DNA of 64,000 bases from Clostridium sp. CAG:567 (GTDB taxonomy: Bacteria > Bacillota > Clostridia > TANB77 > CAG-508). Numbering within the stretch: the stretch's first letter is position 1; each line of letters starts with the position of its first letter. The position numbers and the translations under genes are program-made. Positions 18,827 through 27,611 of the stretch are shown here, one piece after another. Below the pieces are notes generated by a model. That model was given only the letters and a program-made list of their open reading frames with translations, searched no databases and was not told the DNA's origin. The stretch spans positions 28,692-92,691 of the forward strand of contig FR902170.1 in the NCBI GenBank assembly GCA_000437855.1, in the 5' to 3' direction.

Positions 18827-19519
18827 TTATGTATTAATTAAATCTTTAATAACTTCGCTAGCTAAAACTAAACCAGCAACAGACGGAACAAAACTAATGC
18901 TGGCAGGAGTTCTTTTATTAGTTTCATCAAAACGTTTTGGCTCTTCTTTAGAATAAACCACCTTTAAATGTTTAATACCACGCTTACTAAGTTCTTTTCT
19001 CATAACTTTAGCCAATGGACATACTGAAGTTTTTGAGATGTCAGAAATTTCGAATTTTGTAGGATCTAATTTATTTCCAGTTCCCATAGAGCAAATAATA
19101 GGAATTTTACGTTTAAAACATTCTTCTACTAAATTGATTTTAGAAGTAACACAATCAATTGCATCAATTACATAATCAAAATTGGTATTTAAAATTTCAT
19201 CTGCATGTGAAGCATCATAAAACATTTGATATGTAGTTACTCTTAAGGTAGGATTTATTCTAAGTAGTCTTTCTTTTTCAACTTCAACTTTAGGCATTCC
19301 GATAGTGGTAGTATCTGCAATAAGCTGACGATTTATATTTGTAATATCAACAACATCTTTATCAATTAAAGTAAGAGAGCCAACTCCACTACGTGCTAAG
19401 GCTTCAATTACATAAGAACCGACACCACCACAGCCAAATACTGCAACATGAGATTTTTTTAATTTAGATATATTGTCTATTCCAATTAAATATTCAGTTC
19501 TATTAAGCCAATTATTCAT
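18827..19519 (-). CDS. tcdA: tRNA threonylcarbamoyladenosine dehydratase (ThiF/E1-like, TcdA/YrvM)
   Basis: RTEYLIG......L..S.VAVFGCGGVGSY..EALARSGVG.LTLID.D.V..TN.NRQ. Confidence 0.8.
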   Translation of the reverse strand: MNNWLNRTEYLIGIDNISKLKKSHVAVFGCGGVGSYVIEALARSGVGSLTLIDKDVVDITNINRQLIADTTTIGMPKVEVEKERLLRINPTLRVTTYQMFYDASHADEILNTNFDYVIDAIDCVTSKINLVEECFKRKIPIICSMGTGNKLDPTKFEISDISKTSVCPLAKVMRKELSKRGIKHLKVVYSKEEPKRFDETNKRTPASISFVPSVAGLVLASEVIKDLINT

Positions 19520-19683
19520 TTTTTATACTCCATTTTAATAATTTAAAAACTTTATTTTAACAGTAATATTATAGCATTTTATAAAAATAACTGTCAACAT
19601 GTTCCGAACAAAAATTTGTAAAAATGCTTGCAAATTTTTTATTTTATGATAAAATGTGTTTGATGTAAAAAAGGAGAGTAAAA

Positions 19684-20301
19684 ATGTTAGCATATATTAA
19701 AGGAATTTTAGAAATTAAAACAAAAGGATATATAGTAGTAGAAGCAGGTGGATTAGGTTATAAAATATTTATGCCAGAATCTACAATAGCAAAGACTGGA
19801 AATATTGGAGATAAAGTACAAATACATACATTTATGAGAGTTAGAGAAGATGATGTTAGCTTATATGGCTTTTTAACAAATGAAGAATTGCGTATGTTTG
19901 AATTATTATTAAGTGTTAGCGGAATAGGTGCAAAAGGTGCATTAGGAATATTATCTAATATAACACCATCACAATTTGCACTAGCAGTTATATCAAACGA
20001 TGTAGCAATATTAAAAAAAGTGCCGGGAATTGGACCTAAAACAGCTCAAAGGGCAATATTAGAATTAAAAGATAAATTGAAAAAAGACCAAGAAATAGCA
20101 GTTGCAGAAGGAGAAGAGGCTTCAAATATTGAAAAAGTTATAAAAGAGGATGAAAAGGTTGCAGAAGCAATAAGTGCATTACAAGTGCTTGGTTATAGCA
20201 AACGTGAAATAGTAGAAGCATTACAAAATGTAGAATTAACTTCATTATCAGTAGAAGATATTATACGAAAAGGACTTGCTAACTTATCTAAGAAATTATA
20301 A
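19684..20301 (+). CDS. ruvA: Holliday junction helicase subunit RuvA
   Basis: MLAYIKG.L.........V.E.GG.GY.I..P, HhH motifs (LLSVSGIGAKGAL, VPGIGPKTAQRAILELK), C-terminal domain III. Confidence 0.9.
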   Translation: MLAYIKGILEIKTKGYIVVEAGGLGYKIFMPESTIAKTGNIGDKVQIHTFMRVREDDVSLYGFLTNEELRMFELLLSVSGIGAKGALGILSNITPSQFALAVISNDVAILKKVPGIGPKTAQRAILELKDKLKKDQEIAVAEGEEASNIEKVIKEDEKVAEAISALQVLGYSKREIVEALQNVELTSLSVEDIIRKGLANLSKKL

Positions 20302-20486
20302 TAGTAATATAATGTTTTTATAATATTTATATTATATTAATTTACTCGGCACGTCGCTTGCACTTTGAATATATTTTTTCTCGACTAAAGCACGAAAAAA
20401 TATATGTCAAAGTCGCTGTACCTACTCTAAAAATATTAATTTTAAAATTTATTTATAATAATATAGTAAAACATTATATTACTATT
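20300..20486. repeat. Hairpin-nested intergenic element, copy 1 (full length)
   Basis: Perfect 19-bp inverted repeat AATAGTAATATAATGTTTT (20300-20318) / AAAACATTATATTACTATT (20468-20486) starting inside the ruvA stop codon. The GC-richer core contains AATTTACTCGGCACGTCGC, an inner 19-bp hairpin (ACTTTGAATATATTTTTTC / GAAAAAATATATGTCAAAGT) and AAAGTCGCTGTACCTACTCTAA, which is shared with copy 2. Confidence 0.6.
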
Positions 20487-20516
20487 AATAATAAAGAATA
20501 AAAGGAGCTTTGAACA

Positions 20517-21758
20517 ATGGACATGAGTAAACCACTTGCTTATAGAATGAGTCCAAAAACATTAGATGGCTATGTAGGGCAAGAACACATTTTAGGAAAA
20601 GATAAAATTTTATATCGTACAATAAAAGCAGATAGATTATCTAGTATTATACTTTGGGGGCCACCTGGATGTGGTAAAACTTCACTTGCTAGAGTTATTA
20701 GTAATACAACGAAATGTAAGTTTTTAAAAATAAATGCGGTAACATCAGGAATATCAGATATAAAAAATGCGGTTGAAACAGCACAAAATGCTTTGTTAAA
20801 CCCATCTGGAAAATGTATTTTATTTATAGACGAAATTCATCGTTTTAATAAATTACAACAAGACGCATTACTTCCTTATGTGGAAAATGGAACTATAATT
20901 TTAATAGGAGCTACTACAGAAAATCCATATTTTGAAGTAAATAAAGCTTTAATATCAAGATCAATGGTATTTCATTTACAACCACTAAAAGATGAAGACA
21001 TATTTAAAGTATTAAAAAAATCTTTAACATCTGAGGACGGATTAGGAAATTACAACATAAAAATAGAAGATAGTACATTAAAAAAACTTGCAATAACATC
21101 TGGTGGAGATGTAAGAACCGCTTTAAATGGGTTAGAAGTTGCAGTTTTGACAACTCAAATGGACTCGAATGGAATAATAAATATTACAGATGAAATATTA
21201 AAAGAATGTGTACAAACAAGAAAAGCTGTATTTGATAAAAAAGGTGATAGTCATTATGATAATATTAGTGCATTTATAAAATCAATGCGTGGTAGTGACG
21301 TTGATGCTGCATTATTTTACTTGGCAAGAGCATTAAATGCAGGTGAGGACCCTGTATTTATGGCAAGAAGAATAGTTATAGCAGCTGCAGAAGATGTTGG
21401 AATGGCAAATCCAAATGCATTAGTAGTAGCAACATCAGCAATGCAAGCAGTAACTATGGTAGGAATGCCAGAAGCCAGAATTATTTTAGCAGAAGCAACA
21501 GTTTATGTTGCAACATCAAAAAAATCAAATGCTGCTTATTTAGGAATTAATAAAGCATTAGAAGATGTTGCTAATAAAGACACTGGAACAATACCAATGC
21601 ACATTAGAAATGCACCTGCAGAAGGAATGTCAAAAGAAGGATATGGAGTAGGTTATAAATATCCACATGATTATCCAAACCATTGGGTAGAACAACAATA
21701 CTTGCCAGATAAAATGTTAGGTACGAAATATTATATAAAAGATGATACAGTTGAATAA
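20517..21758 (+). CDS. rarA: Replication-associated recombination protein A (RarA/MgsA AAA+ ATPase)
   Basis: PLAYRMSPKTLD.YVGQEH..G....L...I......S.ILWGPPGCGKTSLA, DEIHRFNK.QQD.LLP.VE.G, C-terminal MgsA domain (HYD..SAF.KS.RGSD.DAAL.YLAR). Confidence 0.9.
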   Translation: MDMSKPLAYRMSPKTLDGYVGQEHILGKDKILYRTIKADRLSSIILWGPPGCGKTSLARVISNTTKCKFLKINAVTSGISDIKNAVETAQNALLNPSGKCILFIDEIHRFNKLQQDALLPYVENGTIILIGATTENPYFEVNKALISRSMVFHLQPLKDEDIFKVLKKSLTSEDGLGNYNIKIEDSTLKKLAITSGGDVRTALNGLEVAVLTTQMDSNGIINITDEILKECVQTRKAVFDKKGDSHYDNISAFIKSMRGSDVDAALFYLARALNAGEDPVFMARRIVIAAAEDVGMANPNALVVATSAMQAVTMVGMPEARIILAEATVYVATSKKSNAAYLGINKALEDVANKDTGTIPMHIRNAPAEGMSKEGYGVGYKYPHDYPNHWVEQQYLPDKMLGTKYYIKDDTVE

Positions 21759-21794
21759 AAAAATACCAGATTAAAATTAATCTGGTATTTTATA
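21759..21794. terminator. Bidirectional terminator
   Basis: AAATACCAGATT / AATCTGGTATTT stem between convergent rarA and the SPFH gene. Confidence 0.75.
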
Positions 21795-22697
21795 TTATTT
21801 TTTATCTTTAATAACTTCTGTAATAGCACCTAAACTGCTTAATGTATTTGTTGCTTCAAATGGAATAAATACTTTATTAGCTTCTCCATTAGCAACTTCT
21901 TTTAAAGTTTCTAATGATTTTAATTGAACTAATTTTTCATCAGGTTTAGCTTTCATCATTGCATCATAAACCATGTGAATTTCTTGTGCTTTAGCTTCAG
22001 CAACTTGTTTTATAGCTTCAGCCTCACCAATTGCTCTTCTTATTTTAGCTTCTTTGTCAGCCTCAGCCTCTAAAATAGCAGCTTCTTTTTTACCTTCTGC
22101 TAAAGTAATAGCAGATTGTCTTTCACCTTCAGCTTGTAAAATTAAAGCTCTTTTATTTCTCTCAGCATTCATTTGTTTTTCCATTGCATCTCTAATGTCT
22201 GCTGGAGGAGTAATATCTTTAATTTCAACTCTATCAACTTTACAACCCCATTGATCTGTTGCTTCATCAAGAATAACTCTTAATCTATCGTTAATAGCAT
22301 CTCTAGAACTAAATGTATCATCTAAGTCCATTTTACCAACAATATCACGAATTGTAGTAATTGCAAGGTATTCAATACCTTTCTTTAAATTTTGAATTTC
22401 ATAAACTGCTCTTGCAGGATCTGTAATTTTGTAGAACACAACAGTATCAATAGTGATAGTAACGTTATCTTGAGTAATAACACCTTGTGGTGGAATATCC
22501 ATTGTTTGTTGTTTTAAACTTACTATGCTACGTACATGGTCTACAAATGGAATAATAACTGTAAGACCGGCATCAGCTACTTTATGAAATTTACCAAGTC
22601 TTTCAATAATATAAACTTCAGATTGTTTTACTACTTTAATTGTATTAAATGCAATAATTAAAATAATAACTAATAATGCGATTAAAACCCACAACAT
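21795..22697 (-). CDS. SPFH/band-7 (stomatin-like) membrane protein
   Basis: N-terminal TM, V.Q.E..IIERLGK......GL..IIPF.D, then an A/E/K-rich coiled coil. Lies downstream of an NfeD gene. Confidence 0.85.
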   Translation of the reverse strand: MLWVLIALLVIILIIAFNTIKVVKQSEVYIIERLGKFHKVADAGLTVIIPFVDHVRSIVSLKQQTMDIPPQGVITQDNVTITIDTVVFYKITDPARAVYEIQNLKKGIEYLAITTIRDIVGKMDLDDTFSSRDAINDRLRVILDEATDQWGCKVDRVEIKDITPPADIRDAMEKQMNAERNKRALILQAEGERQSAITLAEGKKEAAILEAEADKEAKIRRAIGEAEAIKQVAEAKAQEIHMVYDAMMKAKPDEKLVQLKSLETLKEVANGEANKVFIPFEATNTLSSLGAITEVIKDKK

Positions 22698-22739
22698 AAT
22701 AAAAATCCTCCTTAAAAATATATAAATAAATATTAATGA

Positions 22740-23195
22740 CTAAACTTTTTGTTCAATTTTTAAATTAGTAAGGTCAGTTGAAACTACAGCTTTTACACCG
22801 TCGATATTTAAAATTAATACTTCAGTTCCCTCACTAATGATTTCTTCGTTAGTAGATTTTGCAGTCCATACCTGACCATCTATTTTAATTTGACCAACTC
22901 CTAAAGTTGGATTGATTTCTTTGATAACAATTGCCTTTTTACCAATAATAGAAAAGGCATTAGTAACCAAAGTATTATCAGTTTTTGCAAGTTTTTTTGC
23001 TAAAGGTCTTGTTAAAAAAATAAATAATACAGATGTAACTACAAATACTGCGGTTTGAATAATTATGTTATCAGTAAAAAAGCTGGTCAGCATAGCACAT
23101 AAACTACCTAAACTTAACCAAAAGATCAGAAAGCCTACAGTAGCTATTTCGGCAATAACAAAAATACCTGCTAAAATTAACCAAAAATACCACAT
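22740..23195 (-). CDS. NfeD family membrane protein
   Basis: Three N-terminal TM helices plus a C-terminal OB-like G.GQIKIDGQ.W.A. Classic NfeD-SPFH operon. Confidence 0.8.
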   Translation of the reverse strand: MWYFWLILAGIFVIAEIATVGFLIFWLSLGSLCAMLTSFFTDNIIIQTAVFVVTSVLFIFLTRPLAKKLAKTDNTLVTNAFSIIGKKAIVIKEINPTLGVGQIKIDGQVWTAKSTNEEIISEGTEVLILNIDGVKAVVSTDLTNLKIEQKV

Positions 23196-23366
23196 AAATA
23201 ATTCTCCTTTAATCTTATAACATCTTTATTATACTATATTCTAAAGCAAAATGGAATATGTTTTTTAAAAAAAATGTAACATCTTGCCAATTTTTATCTT
23301 TTGTGATATAACAATAATCAAATACAAGGTATTCTGAATAATATATAATACTGAGGTGGGATAGGA

Positions 23367-24593
23367 ATGAAAGAAGAAGCTATTTCAAAATTAAAAAGAT
23401 ACAATCAAGAACATATATTAAAATATGATTTAAATAATAAGCAACAAGAGGAATTAGAAAAACAAATAGAAAATATAGACTTTGAGCAATTAAAAAGCTT
23501 ATATGAAAGCACAAAAGAAGAAAAATGTATAGAGGAAAAGAGAATAGAACATATTCCATATACAGATAAAACAAAATTAACGAAAGAAGAACAGCTAAGC
23601 CTATTTGAAATAGGAGAACAAATTATAAAACAAGGACATTATGCAGTTATAACAATGGCAGGAGGACAAGGAACTAGGTTAGGGCATAATGGACCTAAAG
23701 GTACGTATGCCTTAGATACTATAAATGGCAAAAAATACATATTTGAAATAATTATAGACAGACTAAAAAAAGCTGAAAAACAATATAATGTTACAATTCC
23801 TTGGTATGTAATGACAAGTAAAGAAAATCACCAAGATACTATTTTGTTCTTAGAAAAAAACAATTATTTTGGGTATAATAAAGATAAAATTAAATTTTTT
23901 AAACAAGGAGAATTACCATTAATAGATACACAAGGAAAAATAATTTTAGATGAAAATGCTAAAATAAAAGAAGCAGCAGATGGAAATGGTGGAATATATG
24001 AAGCATTATCAAAATCAGGTATGCTACAAGAATTAAAACAAAATCAAATAGAATGGATTTTTATAAGTGGAATAGACAATATTTTATCAAACTTTGTAGA
24101 TCCAATTTTATTGGGATTAACAATTAAAGAAAATAATGTAATTGCTTCAAAATCAGTAGCAAAAGCTAATCCACAAGAAAAGGTGGGAGTATTTTGCAAA
24201 ATGAATGGAAAGCCTAAAATAATAGAATACATTGATTTACCTGAAGAAATGGCAGAAGAATTAGATGAAAATGGAGAGTTAATGTATGGAGAAGTTAATA
24301 TAGGTACATACTTATATAACAGAAGTGTATTAGAAAATTTAGCAAATGCTAAATTACCATACCACGCAGCTTTTAAGAAATCAGGATATTTAAATGCAAA
24401 TGGTAAATTTATAGAGCCTGATGAGCCAAATGTGTTTAAGTTTGAAACTTTTATATTTGATGCTTTTACAAGATATGATGATATGACAATAATGAGAGTA
24501 AAAAGAGAAGATGAGTTTGCGCCAGTAAAAAATCGTACAGGAAACGACAGCCCAGAAACAGCTGTTAAATTATACAATGAAAAATATAAATAA
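23367..24593 (+). CDS. Eukaryotic-type UDP-sugar / UDP-GlcNAc pyrophosphorylase (UDPGP/UAP1 family)
   Basis: AVITMAGGQGTRLGHNGPKGTY pyrophosphorylase loop, ...PWYVMTS..., ...ADGNGGIY..., ...E(Y)..L family blocks. Confidence 0.75.
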   Translation: MKEEAISKLKRYNQEHILKYDLNNKQQEELEKQIENIDFEQLKSLYESTKEEKCIEEKRIEHIPYTDKTKLTKEEQLSLFEIGEQIIKQGHYAVITMAGGQGTRLGHNGPKGTYALDTINGKKYIFEIIIDRLKKAEKQYNVTIPWYVMTSKENHQDTILFLEKNNYFGYNKDKIKFFKQGELPLIDTQGKIILDENAKIKEAADGNGGIYEALSKSGMLQELKQNQIEWIFISGIDNILSNFVDPILLGLTIKENNVIASKSVAKANPQEKVGVFCKMNGKPKIIEYIDLPEEMAEELDENGELMYGEVNIGTYLYNRSVLENLANAKLPYHAAFKKSGYLNANGKFIEPDEPNVFKFETFIFDAFTRYDDMTIMRVKREDEFAPVKNRTGNDSPETAVKLYNEKYK

Positions 24594-24608
24594 AGGAGAA
24601 ATTTTATT

Positions 24609-25865
24609 ATGGAAAATGTAATAGGTTTAGTAATGGCAGCAGGAATAGATGACAGAATGAAATCAAAAAAATCAAAATTAGCACAAGAACTATATGGAAA
24701 GGCTGTTATAAAAAGAGTTGTTGACAGCATGAAAAAAGCCGGAATAGAAGATGTTACAGTTATAGTTGGTGAAAACAGAGACGAAATAGAAGGAATTTTA
24801 AAAGATGAAGTAACATACTTAGAACAAAAGGGCTGTTTAGGAACAGGTCATGCAATAATGCAAGCAACAAGCTATTTGGAAAGTAAAACAGGAAGAGTAG
24901 TAATTGCAAATGGAAATATACCATTAATCACTCCTGAAACTATTAAAGAATTGGTAGAAAAATCTGAAAAAGAAAATGAAGCGGTTACAATACTTACGGG
25001 AATTATAAGTGAACCAACAGGATATGGAAGAGTTATTAGAGAAAATAATAGAATCACAGAAATTATAGAAGAAAAAGAATTAACAGAAGATGAAAAAAAG
25101 GTATTAGAAGTAAATGCAGGTGTATATTGCTATGAAATTTCTGAATTAACTAAAGTAATTGGAACATTAAAGAAAAACAGTATGGGACTATATTATTTAA
25201 CAGATACTATAAAAATGTTAGTTGCATCAGGAAAAAATATAGGAGGAGTTTTAGTAGAAGACAATACAGAAATTTTAAGCCTTAATACAAAACTTCAATT
25301 AGAAATGCTAACAAGAATTTTAAGAATAAAAATTAACACAATGCACATGAATAATGGTGTAACAATAGAAGATATAAACACAACATATATATATGAAGAT
25401 GTAGAAATAGGAATGGATACAGTAATTCACCCAAATACAACAATCAAATCTGGAGTTGTAATTGGTGAAGATTGCAACATTGGACCAAATGCGTATATTC
25501 GTGAAGGCTGTAAATTAGCAGACAAAGTAAAAGTTGGAAGCTTTGTAGAAATTAAAAAAGCAATTATTGCAGATGGATCTAAAGTACCACACTTATCATA
25601 TATGGGTGACTGTGAAATAGGAACAAAATGTAATATTGGATGTGGAACAATCACATGTAATTATGATGGAAAGAATAAACATAAAACAAAAATAGGAGAT
25701 AACTGCTTTATAGGATCAAACGTAAACTTAGTGGCACCAGTAACATTAGGAGATCATGTACTAGTAGCAGCAGGTTCAACAATTACCCAAGATGTACCAT
25801 CAGAAGCACTAAGTATAGCAAGAGAGAGACAAACAAATAAAGAAGAATGGAACAAAAATAAATAA
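24609..25865 (+). CDS. GlmU-like bifunctional protein with intact LbH acetyltransferase domain and degenerate N-terminal GxGTR loop
   Basis: The C-terminus matches GlmU closely (GDCEIGTKCNIGCGTITCNYDGKNKHKTKIGDNCFIGSN..LVAPV..GD...AAGSTIT.DVP..AL.IAR.RQ.NKE.W). LGTGHA and NGN.PLI are present. The first loop reads MAAGIDDRMKS instead of LAAGKGTRMKS. Confidence 0.8.
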   Translation: MENVIGLVMAAGIDDRMKSKKSKLAQELYGKAVIKRVVDSMKKAGIEDVTVIVGENRDEIEGILKDEVTYLEQKGCLGTGHAIMQATSYLESKTGRVVIANGNIPLITPETIKELVEKSEKENEAVTILTGIISEPTGYGRVIRENNRITEIIEEKELTEDEKKVLEVNAGVYCYEISELTKVIGTLKKNSMGLYYLTDTIKMLVASGKNIGGVLVEDNTEILSLNTKLQLEMLTRILRIKINTMHMNNGVTIEDINTTYIYEDVEIGMDTVIHPNTTIKSGVVIGEDCNIGPNAYIREGCKLADKVKVGSFVEIKKAIIADGSKVPHLSYMGDCEIGTKCNIGCGTITCNYDGKNKHKTKIGDNCFIGSNVNLVAPVTLGDHVLVAAGSTITQDVPSEALSIARERQTNKEEWNKNK

Positions 25866-25909
25866 TATCAGTTTATAAAAATTTCTTTAACTGATATAAA
25901 TGTCACTAA

Positions 25910-25944
25910 GAGGGACAGATCTTAAAATAAAAGATCTGTCCCTC
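25910..25944. terminator. Perfect 14-bp hairpin between convergent genes (possible terminator, no clear U-tract)
   Basis: GAGGGACAGATCTT (25910-25923), AAAATAA loop, AAGATCTGTCCCTC (25931-25944). Confidence 0.45.
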
Positions 25945-25988
25945 AACTTGTCAAAAGTATCAGTTGAAGAAACGGTTTCGAACTGATA

Positions 25989-26360
25989 TTATTGTTGGTC
26001 GCCAGGTATAAAATAATCTATTACACCATAAACTATAGCGCCAACTATTGCAGCCATCCAAGAAACTGTATAACCTGCAACAAAATATTGAGTTACATAT
26101 AATACTATAGCTGAGAGTACAAATCCCACAAATCCTTTACCAAAAGAACTAGCATGTAGACCAGTAAATTTTGTAATTAAGTAGTCGATAACAGTAAGAA
26201 CAATTGCAGCAGCAGCTAGAGCCCAGAAACTACTTATTCTAAATCCAGGTGTAAAAAAAGCAGTGATACCAAGAACAATTGCAGCTGTTACTAATCTACC
26301 AATAATTTGCCATACGGTACTTTTTGTATTAGGTTGAGTACTAGTATTTGCATTTGACAT
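25989..26360 (-). CDS. Four-TM phage-holin-4-like (YvlD-type) membrane protein
   Basis: The start at MSNANT.. is preceded by AAGGAGGA. ...LVTAAIVLGITAFFTPGFRISSFWALAAAAIVLTVIDYL... is typical of the PF04020-like family. Confidence 0.55.
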   Translation of the reverse strand: MSNANTSTQPNTKSTVWQIIGRLVTAAIVLGITAFFTPGFRISSFWALAAAAIVLTVIDYLITKFTGLHASSFGKGFVGFVLSAIVLYVTQYFVAGYTVSWMAAIVGAIVYGVIDYFIPGDQQ

Positions 26361-26516
26361 GTCTAAATCCTCCTTAACTTTAAGAATTTCCAAAAATGAA
26401 TTTACATGGTTTTCTAATTTTATTATTTACTTAAAAATAAAAATTATTCAAATAATGAATAATTTTTTTTGTTTTGACTCAAAATTATATAAAAATAATA
26501 TGAGAGGAAATTAAAA

Positions 26517-27191
26517 ATGATAATAACTTTAATAAGAACCATTGTATTATACATACTTGTTTTAGTAGTTATGAGATTAATGGGAAAAAGAGAAATAGGA
26601 CAATTGCAACCATTCGAGCTTGCAATTTCAATTATGATTGCAGATTTAGCATCAATACCTATGACAGATGTTGGCATACCAATTACAAATGGAATTATAC
26701 CGATTTTAGGACTTTTGCTAATGCATCTTGTAATTTCTATTATAAATATTAAAAGTATAAGAGGAAGAGAAATTTTATGTGGAAGACCAACTATTTTGAT
26801 ATACAGAGGTAAAATAGATGAAAAAGCACTAAAAAAAGAAAGATTTACAATAAATGAACTAGAAGAAAGACTAAGAGGAAATAATGTAGTAAATTTAGGA
26901 GATGTTGAATATGCAATATTAGAAACAAGTGGGCAGGTCACAGTTATACAAAAACCAAATAAACGTACAACTACACCAGAAGATTTTAATATAGAACCAG
27001 AGTATGAAGGACTTCCTTATGATTTAGTAATTGATGGAAAGACTTTAAATGAAAATTTAAGAAAAATTGGAAAAAATGAAATATGGTTAAAAAAGCAGGT
27101 TGAAAAATTCAATATGATACCTGAAGAGGCCTTAATAGTAACTTATGATGGTAAAGGGCAAATATTCTGCCAGAAAAAGGCTGAGAAATGA
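26517..27191 (+). CDS. DUF421 (YetF-like) membrane protein
   Basis: IRT.VLY..V...MRLMGKREIGQL.PFELA..IMIA..A plus a C-terminal soluble domain. Followed by the usual DUF4363 partner. Confidence 0.7.
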   Translation: MIITLIRTIVLYILVLVVMRLMGKREIGQLQPFELAISIMIADLASIPMTDVGIPITNGIIPILGLLLMHLVISIINIKSIRGREILCGRPTILIYRGKIDEKALKKERFTINELEERLRGNNVVNLGDVEYAILETSGQVTVIQKPNKRTTTPEDFNIEPEYEGLPYDLVIDGKTLNENLRKIGKNEIWLKKQVEKFNMIPEEALIVTYDGKGQIFCQKKAEK

Positions 27192-27203
27192 AAGGAATAA
27201 AGT

Positions 27204-27593
27204 ATGTATAAAGAACTGATTATTATAATTATAATAATAATGTTAGTTATAGTAGGAAACATTATAACTCAAAATAACACAAATAAGACAGTAGAAACAA
27301 TAAGCGAAGAACTTGATGTGTTCAAAAATGAAATTTCGAATAAAAATGTAAGGCAGGAGGATGCACAAAATCATATAGGCAAAATAAATGACACTTGGGA
27401 CAAAAGGTCAGAAACTTTAGCTTATTATATAGAACATGATGAACTAGAAAAAGTAACCACAGAGCTTACAAAATTGAAAGCTGATGTAGAAACAGAAAAT
27501 TATGAGTTTGCAATAGAAAATTTAGATAATTGTATATTTATATTAGAGAATATAAAAGATAAATCTGCTTTAAAAATAGTAAATATATTTTAA
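27204..27593 (+). CDS. DUF4363-like small membrane-anchored protein
   Basis: N-terminal TM plus a helical domain (W....E.L.YYIEHDELEK....L..L). Position after DUF421. Confidence 0.5.
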   Translation: MYKELIIIIIIIMLVIVGNIITQNNTNKTVETISEELDVFKNEISNKNVRQEDAQNHIGKINDTWDKRSETLAYYIEHDELEKVTTELTKLKADVETENYEFAIENLDNCIFILENIKDKSALKIVNIF

Positions 27594-27611
27594 TGATAGT
27601 TAAATAAGTGC

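Noticed and set aside
19605-19618. Possible LexA (SOS) box CGAACAAAAATTTG upstream of ruvA
   Set aside because: Only the left half matches CGAAC-N4-GTTCG. The right half is ATTTG, and the site lies upstream of the -35 rather than over the promoter. Not enough to call.
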